IMG/VR virus record: IMGVR_UViG_2579779031_000002
Span: 54,684-74,683 of that record
DNA from: an uncultured virus (IMG/VR IMGVR_UViG_2579779031_000002)
Lineage: Duplodnaviria; Heunggongvirae; Uroviricota; Caudoviricetes
Reading direction: 5' to 3' (one strand)
Length of the DNA: 20,000 nt
Below are positions 1-7,513 of this stretch, piece after piece; the stretch's first letter is position 1; the number at the start of each line of letters is the position of its first letter. The position numbers and the translations under genes are program-made. Under the pieces are notes generated by a model. That model made no database searches. It had not been told where the DNA came from and was given only the letters and a program-made list of their open reading frames with translations.

Positions 1-1
1 C

Positions 2-643
2 AGCAGCACGGCGTACAGGTGAAAGTAAGTGACCAACTTCATTTATTGCATCAACTGTAGGATCAACACCTTGTGGTGAGTTCGGCATCACACCTTTTAC
101 CGCCGTGGTAATAGTTTGTGCAACTTTGCTAATAGCGGATTGGTTTTTAACATCATCTTGATTAGAAACAAAACGCCCTTTCTCATCACGTTCTGGTGTT
201 GATGAGCTTACGATCTTACCCAAATCTTCATGACTATTAATTTCTATAGCTGGCTTTTGTACCTTAGGTTGGTTGATTCGTTCTTTATTTGCTGAATTAA
301 GGTCACTAACTGATTGCTCTAATACATCAGCAAAGTCTTTCACAAACTTGTCGGCTACAACAAAAGACTGCGTGATAGGATTTGCTTTTTCTTTTAATAA
401 ATCTTCAAAGTCTAAAGCTGGTCTATTATTGACAGCATTAAGCATCTTTTGAAATTCAGTCAGTTTTGGCTGAGGCTTAGCAAACTGGGCTTTTTGCTCT
501 TCAAAGCTTTGAGTAAGTATTTCGATAATCTTTTCAATATTTGAATCAATCGTACTTACTTTTTTTTCAACTCGTTTCATACCGATGATAAAGCCAAGAT
601 CATCGTAGGATAAAACTGGTTTATTGTGATTTAAATCTGTCAT
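2..643 (-). CDS. N-terminal part of a large virion protein, possibly tape-measure-like (runs off the window edge; absent from the ORF track)
   Basis: ATG at 643, frame open to the edge: MTDLNHNKPVLSYDDLGFIIGMKRVEKK...PERDEKGRFVS...HLLSPVRRAA. Helical-looking, with an RDxxGRF motif seen in phage structural proteins. Product is inference. Confidence 0.6.
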   Translation of the reverse strand, partial: MTDLNHNKPVLSYDDLGFIIGMKRVEKKVSTIDSNIEKIIEILTQSFEEQKAQFAKPQPKLTEFQKMLNAVNNRPALDFEDLLKEKANPITQSFVVADKFVKDFADVLEQSVSDLNSANKERINQPKVQKPAIEINSHEDLGKIVSSSTPERDEKGRFVSNQDDVKNQSAISKVAQTITTAVKGVMPNSPQGVDPTVDAINEVGHLLSPVRRAA

Positions 644-648
644 AACGA

Positions 649-678
649 AAAATGCCCCATATTGATATAAGGCATTTT
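649..678 (-). promoter_or_regulatory. Stem-loop immediately 5' of the ATG at 643 that includes the GGGG RBS
   Basis: Minus strand AAAATGCCTTATAT-CA-ATATGGGGCATTTT; arms pair with two G-U pairs. Confidence 0.55.
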
Positions 679-680
679 GA

Positions 681-720
681 ATTATAGATATATTGTGAAA
701 ATTTAAGTGTTCCAATTAAT
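681..720 (-). promoter_or_regulatory. Candidate late promoter, copy 1 (ATTAATTGGAAC-N22-TATAAT)
   Basis: Perfect -10 at 681-686 and GGAAC at 709-713; same layout recurs at 3411-3450. Confidence 0.55.
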
Positions 721-727
721 GATCAAA

Positions 728-991
728 TTAAAACTTAATATTTACAATATAATTTTCAGGATGCAAAACATCTAATTCTACGTCATATCCTAAATCAAGA
801 AGAATTTGTTGAAGTTCAATAACAAGAGCAACTGATGCTCTTGATTTTAATACAGGAAAATGAAGGATCTTTTCCCCTTTTGAAGCTATAGTAGAAATTA
901 CAGAACCTACTTCATCCTTAAGTTCTTCAATAGTATATTGTTTTGCTACTTGTGAAATTCTAGCAGCTTCTGAAGCTGACATAATGCTCAT
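728..991 (-). CDS. Hypothetical 87-aa protein, moron-like
   Basis: Intact ORF preceded by a very AT-rich 126-bp intergenic region containing TATAAT boxes. Confidence 0.7.
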   Translation of the reverse strand: MSIMSASEAARISQVAKQYTIEELKDEVGSVISTIASKGEKILHFPVLKSRASVALVIELQQILLDLGYDVELDVLHPENYIVNIKF

Positions 992-1117
992 ATTTAACTA
1001 CTCTTAAAAAATAAAAAATTAAACACATTTCTAATATAAAATGCATTTTGCATTATAGTTAGTATTTTAATAATTATTTCTATAGATCTTATTATAATTT
1101 AAATATTATTCATCAGT

Positions 1118-1945
1118 TTAATCATCAGGCTCTACTTCACCAGCTTCGACAAGCGCTAGCTTACGCATAAACGCCTCTTCTTTTTTCTTTTTCATATTTG
1201 CTTTAGCTATTGCCATTCTTTCTTCAGCACCCGAAATAACAGAACTACGCCGTGCTTGAACTTCTGACTGGTCTTTAAGATCATCTACATCTAAGCCCCA
1301 GAACATTGCTTCTGTCTTGGCAATGTTAGAAATGCTGATACTTTGCTTAACGTTTAAATCTACAACCTGACATATAAGTCCCATCTTGAATTTAACTAGC
1401 GCTAATTGTTCTTCTGTTGGGTTATTTAGATTCAGTACTTCATCTCTAATATGAATAACACTGTCGATTGTATCAGTAATTAACTCACCTAATTTGTGAG
1501 CTCTTATACGGTTATTTTTTACAACTAATGCGGACTTTAAATAGTTCTCATTGACTGAAGAACTACCGCCGTTGGATTGACCGTTATTTTTGGAGTTTTG
1601 ACTATTAAATTCAGCTATATTTGACGTTTTTTTGACTGAATTTTGACTATTACTTTTTTCTTTATTTTCAGATTCTTGTGACACATCTTGACCATTGTTT
1701 TTATTGGTCAATTTTTTAATCTCTTTATTGAGTTCTCGGGCAGTCTTCTTGACTAGAGATTTAGCTTTCTTTTTCCATTTTTCAGCAAGTGCTTTACGGC
1801 GTACTACTGATGGTGAAGGCATCTCACAACCGAGCTCTTCACCAACATGATCAACTAAACCTTGCCATGTAATCTTAGGTGAAGATTCATAGACTTCTTT
1901 TAGTCGGTTCCAAATTTCTTCCGAATATTCAATCTTGCGTGCCAT
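1118..1945 (-). CDS. Putative terminase small subunit-like DNA-binding protein
   Basis: N-terminal W..L...YE...SVVRRKA..EKW pattern resembles TerS-type HTH domains; N/S-rich linker, helical C-terminus; located at the early/late boundary. Confidence 0.45.
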   Translation of the reverse strand: MARKIEYSEEIWNRLKEVYESSPKITWQGLVDHVGEELGCEMPSPSVVRRKALAEKWKKKAKSLVKKTARELNKEIKKLTNKNNGQDVSQESENKEKSNSQNSVKKTSNIAEFNSQNSKNNGQSNGGSSSVNENYLKSALVVKNNRIRAHKLGELITDTIDSVIHIRDEVLNLNNPTEEQLALVKFKMGLICQVVDLNVKQSISISNIAKTEAMFWGLDVDDLKDQSEVQARRSSVISGAEERMAIAKANMKKKKEEAFMRKLALVEAGEVEPDD

Positions 1946-1958
1946 TTGTGTCTATCCA

Positions 1959-2645
1959 TTACTCTGTAAATAGACCTATTTGTTTTACTTCCGCTATAGC
2001 TTGTTGCTGTAAAGAAGCCTTACTAAAACGCTTTTTATTTTGAATAAGGTCAATCAATGCCTTTTCTTGTAAATCGTTTTCGTCACGTTGGAAAACATCA
2101 TCAATAGCCATTTCTAGGTTACGGATTTGTTTAGCTCTATTTTGTTCACATTCACGAACAATGAGCATTAAAGCTTGTAATTCAGGTAATACTTTGTCTT
2201 GAATAGACTGGTCTTGAGATAAGCAAGCCTGAATAAGCTCTTTTGAAGCAGTTAGTAACTGTACAGTTAAAGCTTTTGGAAATGACGTTATGTGTTGTGC
2301 AGCGGCCATGCTTAATTGAAAAGCCATAGCTTGAGTATATTCACTCATCATATCGCCTAGACTATTAAACAAAATACCTGCTACAGAAGCAGTTTTATCT
2401 AGTTCAGGCTCAACAGTAAATCCAAGTACCCAATCAGAAGACACACCATATTTTTGGCATAGCACAGATAATAATTCTGCATCTGGCATTAATTTCCCAT
2501 TTTCGATTTCACTCATTCGATTCTTATGTGGTGTACCGAATATCTCTAATGCTACGTCTTCTTGACGTAATTGAACCATGTCACGCGCCATTGCAAGTTT
2601 TCTACCGATAAGTACTCGACGTTGCAAATCGCTCTTTTTCGCCAT
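1959..2645 (-). CDS. XRE-family helix-turn-helix regulator with extended C-terminal domain
   Basis: LAMAR...LRQEDVA...RMSEIENGKLMPDAELL..LCQKYGVSSDWVLG is a typical HTH_3 signature. Confidence 0.85.
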   Translation of the reverse strand: MAKKSDLQRRVLIGRKLAMARDMVQLRQEDVALEIFGTPHKNRMSEIENGKLMPDAELLSVLCQKYGVSSDWVLGFTVEPELDKTASVAGILFNSLGDMMSEYTQAMAFQLSMAAAQHITSFPKALTVQLLTASKELIQACLSQDQSIQDKVLPELQALMLIVRECEQNRAKQIRNLEMAIDDVFQRDENDLQEKALIDLIQNKKRFSKASLQQQAIAEVKQIGLFTE

Positions 2646-3335
2646 TTAAATGCTTCTCCCAGCTAACCAATCAAAATCTACAGTTTTAGATAACCAATCA
2701 GTTTCATCTGTAAAAACACAAGAAAGCCAGACACAACCATCTTCACATGGTTCTGCCAGCTTAATTTGTTCACTTATGAAAATATTGTCATCTTTGAATA
2801 ACAAGCCATCACCTTTGACACTATCAATAATAAGTTTGGGATAGTTATCAATATCAAATCGCGGATATGTCTTAGCGCTGTAAGATCGAGTTTTAAGTGG
2901 GGGTTGAACAATTAATCGTATTTCACAAAGTTGATCGATAGCTTTTAACTTAAGTGCTCTAAACATAGGTCCATATTGTTTTTGAACCTTGTCTTTATAC
3001 TTTTTAGCACCTACTGAAAGACTATTTCTTTGCTTTCCATTCTGATCAATTGTAGCCCGCCAAATCTCGTTAGCGCTTAATCCATAAGGCAATTTGATTG
3101 TGATGTATTGCTTACCAGAAATGATAACACCGCCTGTGCTTCCCCTATATACACTATTTTCACCTTCATTTTCTTTTTCTACATGGCATGGGAAAAACAC
3201 GTGTTTAGATGAGCTAGATTTTTGCTTTTTAACTTTGTCATTACCTGATGAAACACTGAAATCTTTAAAGAGTTCCTGTCTTTTATTATTTGAGAAAAAC
3301 TCACTCCACTGACGGCGACTTTTATTATTGGGCAT
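2646..3335 (-). CDS. rusA: RusA-family Holliday junction resolvase
   Basis: LPYGLSANEIWR and DIDNYPKLIIDSV...FKDDNI catalytic Asp/Lys motifs. Confidence 0.85.
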   Translation of the reverse strand: MPNNKSRRQWSEFFSNNKRQELFKDFSVSSGNDKVKKQKSSSSKHVFFPCHVEKENEGENSVYRGSTGGVIISGKQYITIKLPYGLSANEIWRATIDQNGKQRNSLSVGAKKYKDKVQKQYGPMFRALKLKAIDQLCEIRLIVQPPLKTRSYSAKTYPRFDIDNYPKLIIDSVKGDGLLFKDDNIFISEQIKLAEPCEDGCVWLSCVFTDETDWLSKTVDFDWLAGRSI

Positions 3336-3410
3336 TATTTCGCCCCAACTGCATCAGCAAATAAAATTTCATAATTAAAGCCCTGCAATCTTAGAAGAAC
3401 TTTAATTATG

Positions 3411-3450
3411 ATTTTAAGATTAAAAACTAATTTTGACTGGTTCCATTAAT
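3411..3450 (-). promoter_or_regulatory. Candidate late promoter, copy 2 (ATTAATGGAAC-N23-TAAAAT) upstream of rusA
   Basis: GGAAC at 3440-3444 and TAAAAT at 3411-3416; matches the motif at 681-720. Confidence 0.55.
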
Positions 3451-4456
3451 TATTTAGTAGAAAAGAAGTAGATGCGCTAAAGAAGTGGATATGACATTGA
3501 TATACAACCTGAGTGTTGTAACCTCTCAAAGCTTCTATATTATTTTTACTAACTAGCAATTCAATTCTAGGTTTATGATCGCTAATTTCATCAATCGTCA
3601 TGTTTCGACTATCAATTGCAGGAGCTAGATCTGGACAGAACAACTTAATATTTTCCAAAGTATTTTCAAATAACATAAAACTTAGAAAAGAATTTTTATT
3701 GAGATTAAAAGCAAAGCAAAAAAATTCTTTCGGCAATGCTGGGCCATAATCTACAAAGCTACGATCAGATAACAAGCAAATTTCCTGATCATAAGAATGT
3801 ACACCAACATAGATTCTCTTTTTATTAATATCTAACCATGCATCAATAATTAATTCACCTAAATATCCTTTTGGCATTTTTACGGAAAAAAAAATAAATA
3901 TTATCTTCAACCATTGAATGTATTTATCTTCAGTTATGTTTAACTGAGATAATACATCTGGGCTAACATGTATATTTTCCTTTTTTATTTTTTGAAATTC
4001 TCTTAATGCATGAGTATCTGTAGGACTAACCGTTGATAATTCACCAAAAGTGTTAAGGCACTTTTCAATACAGAACGGGTTTCTTATAAAATTCATCATC
4101 TTACAAAAAACCAAGTCTTTAATTTCTTCAATTGTTATTGCCTCATTTTTAGCAATTTTATCTAGAATATTATTTGTAAATTCTTCAATTTTATCTTCAT
4201 ATTTTCCAAAAAAAGCTTCAAAATTATTTCTAGTTCTATCGGAAAAAACATCGAAAGTATATAAGTCATTAAAGCTTAAGTTTTTTTCAATTTTAACTCC
4301 TAAAGGGTTTACTAAATTAAAAGTCAATTCTTCCCTATCATCAATTTTAAACTTATAAATCCTTCTTCTCTCCCTTGGCAAAGTTGGATCAATACAATTT
4401 AACTTTTGCTCAACTTGAGAAATAAAATGTTGATTTCTAGTTTCATTATTAAACAT
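3446..4456 (-). CDS. DUF4238-like protein, candidate anti-phage effector (moron)
   Basis: N-terminal RNQHFISQ resembles the DUF4238 QH(Y/F)(V/I)PQ motif; later DLY, FEAFFGKYE, RNP and LLSDR motifs fit; ~330 aa; visibly more AT-rich than the backbone. Confidence 0.65.
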   Translation of the reverse strand: MFNNETRNQHFISQVEQKLNCIDPTLPRERRRIYKFKIDDREELTFNLVNPLGVKIEKNLSFNDLYTFDVFSDRTRNNFEAFFGKYEDKIEEFTNNILDKIAKNEAITIEEIKDLVFCKMMNFIRNPFCIEKCLNTFGELSTVSPTDTHALREFQKIKKENIHVSPDVLSQLNITEDKYIQWLKIIFIFFSVKMPKGYLGELIIDAWLDINKKRIYVGVHSYDQEICLLSDRSFVDYGPALPKEFFCFAFNLNKNSFLSFMLFENTLENIKLFCPDLAPAIDSRNMTIDEISDHKPRIELLVSKNNIEALRGYNTQVVYQCHIHFFSASTSFLLNN

Positions 4457-4501
4457 ATGATTACCCCAAAAATTTTAATTCTAAGTGAACAATGTTAGCA
4501 G

Positions 4502-4535
4502 AAAAAAAGTCCGCACCTTGGGGAAAGTACGGACT
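4502..4535 (-). terminator. Rho-independent terminator
   Basis: Minus strand AGTCCGTACTTT-CCCC-AAGGTGCGGACT (12-bp stem with two G-U pairs) running into a T-tract. Confidence 0.85.
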
Positions 4536-4570
4536 ATAAAACCAATAAAGGCCTTTAACGATAAACAGTT
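4502..4570 (-). ncRNA. Putative ~68-nt small RNA or attenuated leader upstream of the DUF4238-like gene
   Basis: Bounded by a sigma70-like promoter (4576-4604) and the terminator at 4502-4535; no ATG within it. Confidence 0.5.
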
Positions 4571-4575
4571 CACAT

Positions 4576-4604
4576 AATATAAAATATATATCGAATTTAA
4601 TCAA
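4576..4604 (-). promoter_or_regulatory. Sigma70-like promoter TTGATT-N17-TATATT
   Basis: -35 at 4599-4604, -10 at 4576-4581, 17-nt spacer; AT-rich context lowers specificity. Confidence 0.55.
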
Positions 4605-4612
4605 TATACATT

Positions 4613-4828
4613 TTAATGTTTTGTTCTTATTATTTTTGAAACGATTTGTGAGGCTTCATGAAAATCTATATCAAAACAAATCCAAAACCTAAATCGCTTA
4701 TCTCCAAGAATATAACTTTGAATGAAATACTCTGACTTTTTCTCTGGATCAATTTCAGCAGCTTTAAATGAATAAACATCTTTCTCAACTACCTGACCAT
4801 TAAGATCGCCACCAATACATATTTTCAT
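4613..4828 (-). CDS. Hypothetical phage protein (~71 aa, MKICIGGDLNG...)
   Basis: ORF track 4613..4864; the internal ATG at 4828 gives an N-terminal hydrophobic-GG.L.G pattern common in small phage proteins. Confidence 0.65.
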   Translation of the reverse strand: MKICIGGDLNGQVVEKDVYSFKAAEIDPEKKSEYFIQSYILGDKRFRFWICFDIDFHEASQIVSKIIRTKH

Positions 4829-4865
4829 AAAATAAGCCAAGAGAGTTAAATGCCGATGGTTCACT

Positions 4866-5642
4866 TTACCCCTTTTCTATCACTTCTGGGGATTGTTTTA
4901 TTAATTTTGCACCAGCAAAAAGAGATTCCCTTATTTGTCGGTGTGTAAGTATCTCTACATAAGGAATGTAAACTTCATTACTACCTATATCTAGAAATCC
5001 ATTCTTTGTTGTATTTGAAAGTTTCAAATTACCAAAATATATTTCTACCAGATACCCTTCAAATGTCATTGTAGACATAAAGCCATTTAGGAAAGCTTCT
5101 TTATAAGGTGCAATAATTAATTGCTTTAATGAGATTTCATTAAATTTGTTTGTTGAATCTCTAAACAATCTAATTCTAACCTTAATTAGATCTGGAACTA
5201 TTTTTAACTTACCATTAATAATCTCTTTTAGAACATTTTCGAGTACGGGTTCATTTATACAGTCAGCAAAAGCATGATGTTCTGAATGCATTGCTCTCCA
5301 GTAAATTGAAAGAATAAAAACTGCAATTTTTTCTGCATTTATATTTTTATATTTTATTCCCTCTGGACCTTTTATTACTTCAACATCATTTCTTTTTTCC
5401 CTAAGGCATGAAACAGAATAATTTTCATATTTTTCATTAAAAAATCGCTCACATGTACTACATAGCAATCGCGTAAACCAAGTGTCATTTGTAGTGTCAA
5501 CTTGCTCTTTTTGGAGCTGAAATTGATAAGCAACATTCTTTTCAGAATCTCGTAGTATGTGACTAAAAAAAGTTTTCCCTATTACATGTGAGCGCTGTAA
5601 CTCTTTTTTTTCACCACAAAGTTTACAAATTTCTAAAGTCAT
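4866..5642 (-). CDS. Zn-binding HNH-like nuclease-domain protein (moron)
   Basis: CKLC...SHVI...LLCSTCE motif set typical of HNH/zinc-finger endonuclease-like proteins; AT-rich. Confidence 0.6.
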   Translation of the reverse strand: MTLEICKLCGEKKELQRSHVIGKTFFSHILRDSEKNVAYQFQLQKEQVDTTNDTWFTRLLCSTCERFFNEKYENYSVSCLREKRNDVEVIKGPEGIKYKNINAEKIAVFILSIYWRAMHSEHHAFADCINEPVLENVLKEIINGKLKIVPDLIKVRIRLFRDSTNKFNEISLKQLIIAPYKEAFLNGFMSTMTFEGYLVEIYFGNLKLSNTTKNGFLDIGSNEVYIPYVEILTHRQIRESLFAGAKLIKQSPEVIEKG

Positions 5643-5657
5643 TTAATTCACTGTTTT

Positions 5658-5687
5658 AAAAAAAGCCCATCTATTATTGATGAGCTT
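5658..5687 (-). terminator. Rho-independent terminator-like hairpin
   Basis: Minus strand AAGCTCATC-AATAATA-GATGGGCTT followed by TTTTT; 15 nt upstream of the ATG at 5642. Confidence 0.7.
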
Positions 5688-5722
5688 AATCTGTTATTCA
5701 TTTAAAAACTATATGTTACATA

Positions 5723-6007
5723 CTATCTTTGATTATGCCAGATCCTTTCACCAGTAGTTTCAGATTGACCAAATCCACATAATAAACATGCAACATCGTA
5801 CCCATGTATACATAACTCATGAATCAGTTTTACATCTGTTGATGGACAACCAAAATAACCACCTTTATCTAGTCTACCTATTAGAAAATTATTATCTTCA
5901 TCTACCCTATCAATCTGACCTTCACCGAAAATATGAGTTCCATCAGTTTCCATACTATTAGAAGATTTGAAATCAACATAAACTCGATCACCGATTTTAT
6001 ATTTCAT
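5723..6007 (-). CDS. Hypothetical phage protein
   Basis: MKYKIGDRVYV start (KOW/SH3-like) overlapping the upstream stop (ATGA); Cys/His-rich C-terminus. Confidence 0.7.
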   Translation of the reverse strand: MKYKIGDRVYVDFKSSNSMETDGTHIFGEGQIDRVDEDNNFLIGRLDKGGYFGCPSTDVKLIHELCIHGYDVACLLCGFGQSETTGERIWHNQR

Positions 6008-6411
6008 TGGCAAAACTCCACTTTCATTCCGTCAAACTCTTGATCAATTACCGACATTCCACGTGTAATAGCTGCTTGAGAAGGCAATTTTTTAAAATCA
6101 ATTTCATTAACCTCATGACAGCTTTTACACATAAACTTGTTTTTCTTTTCAAGCTTTGACTGAATTACTCTTACCTCAGCTAACATTCTGTTATTACGCT
6201 CTGTAACTTGGTTAAGTTGTCTTAGATATTTAGCTAGCCAATGAACAGGGTTTAATTTTGTTTTGCAGTCAATGCAAAGTACTTCGCTCTTTTCTTCCGA
6301 AATTTGGATATGTTTATGATCACATTTAATTAATTCACGTTTTCGAGTGAACTTAATAACTTGCTGCTCTTCATCAATTTGTATTAACTGTTTTTCTTGA
6401 AAACGATTCAT
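6004..6411 (-). CDS. Hypothetical Zn-binding phage protein with coiled coil
   Basis: CDH...CIDC...LNP and CKSC motifs; ATGA coupling. Confidence 0.75.
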   Translation of the reverse strand: MNRFQEKQLIQIDEEQQVIKFTRKRELIKCDHKHIQISEEKSEVLCIDCKTKLNPVHWLAKYLRQLNQVTERNNRMLAEVRVIQSKLEKKNKFMCKSCHEVNEIDFKKLPSQAAITRGMSVIDQEFDGMKVEFCQ

Positions 6412-6779
6412 GCCGCAGCTCCTTTTTCATGACTTGATCGTTTTTGATATTTACCCCTTGATAAATTCGGACGATAGGCATTGTCATAACAACCTTTACA
6501 AGCTGAATCTGGTCGAAGTACGACGGATCCATCTTTAAGCTTAGCTTTAACCATGAACCAAAATTCAGAATCAATGGGCCAATATTCTTGACAATGTTTG
6601 CAAAGCTTCTCTTTCCCTAGTTCTGTGAAGATATATCTAGGTTTTGCAGATTGTGCTTGTAGTTCTTTAGGAGCAATAGCCTCCGAACTTTTGAAGGTAC
6701 TTGTCTCCCTAGAGTTGCTTTGCAACATCGCAAAAATACTGCGTTGTTGGCGCTGGCGTTGTCTTAGTCTTTTCATCAT
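6408..6779 (-). CDS. Hypothetical Zn-finger phage protein
   Basis: CKHC...CKGC; Arg/Gln-rich N-terminus; GGGGA RBS; ATGA coupling. Confidence 0.75.
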   Translation of the reverse strand: MMKRLRQRQRQQRSIFAMLQSNSRETSTFKSSEAIAPKELQAQSAKPRYIFTELGKEKLCKHCQEYWPIDSEFWFMVKAKLKDGSVVLRPDSACKGCYDNAYRPNLSRGKYQKRSSHEKGAAA

Positions 6780-7513
6780 GCTGCATCCCCAAGACCAAGC
6801 GATTTACCGTTCCCTATAATTTGATCAGCAATCCAAAGCTGGCGTAATTTTTCCTCAGCTACACCACTGTTTACCCATGCAGCAACACTCAAAAATTCTT
6901 TATACGCTGACACACTTTTGAATTTTGAGGAGGTACTTATTTCTACCTCTATCAAATCGATCCCAAAACCATCAGGTATATTTTTATTTTGGTCTAATGC
7001 CATTAATATCTCAGCATTTAATCCTTTCCAGCCTTTTCTACGTAATCCACCACCTATATCTACGTAACAGTCTGCTTTTCCTTCTGAAAACTCAAAATAA
7101 TTCATTTTCGGTGCGGTAAATGGCTGGTTTATTATTAGTTGCCCTTCATATTGATCAGTTCTATCGGCCATAGTGATAGTTAGTTCAACATTCCATTTCT
7201 CACACTCTTCTACATGTTCAAGAACTTGGACAATTGCTAAATCTTGGTAACCGTAAGCTGCAATACTGAAGTGATATGGTATTGTTAAGCGATTAGGGAA
7301 ACGCTCAAGTAACGCAGCCTCTTCAACTTTCTTTGCTTCGATATAGTCCCGTACATCTTTTGAAACGAACCGCATGCTGAACTCATATTCTTGAGCGGCT
7401 TCTCTACGCATTTCAGCCTTTCTCTGATTAGCTTGAACTTGTGCTGGTGTTAGCTTATTTGGATTGTATTTTTTTGACCGTTTTCTACTGGTTGAATTAG
7501 ATTTCATTTTCAC
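6776..7513 (-). CDS. Hypothetical phage protein
   Basis: 245-aa ORF coupled on both sides; basic N-terminus RKRSKKYNP. Confidence 0.8.
   Translation of the reverse strand: MKMKSNSTSRKRSKKYNPNKLTPAQVQANQRKAEMRREAAQEYEFSMRFVSKDVRDYIEAKKVEEAALLERFPNRLTIPYHFSIAAYGYQDLAIVQVLEHVEECEKWNVELTITMADRTDQYEGQLIINQPFTAPKMNYFEFSEGKADCYVDIGGGLRRKGWKGLNAEILMALDQNKNIPDGFGIDLIEVEISTSSKFKSVSAYKEFLSVAAWVNSGVAEEKLRQLWIADQIIGNGKSLGLGDAA

Noticed and set aside
1907..1912. Third GGAAC inside the TerS-like gene
   Set aside because: Within coding sequence and no -10 box at the 22-23 nt spacing
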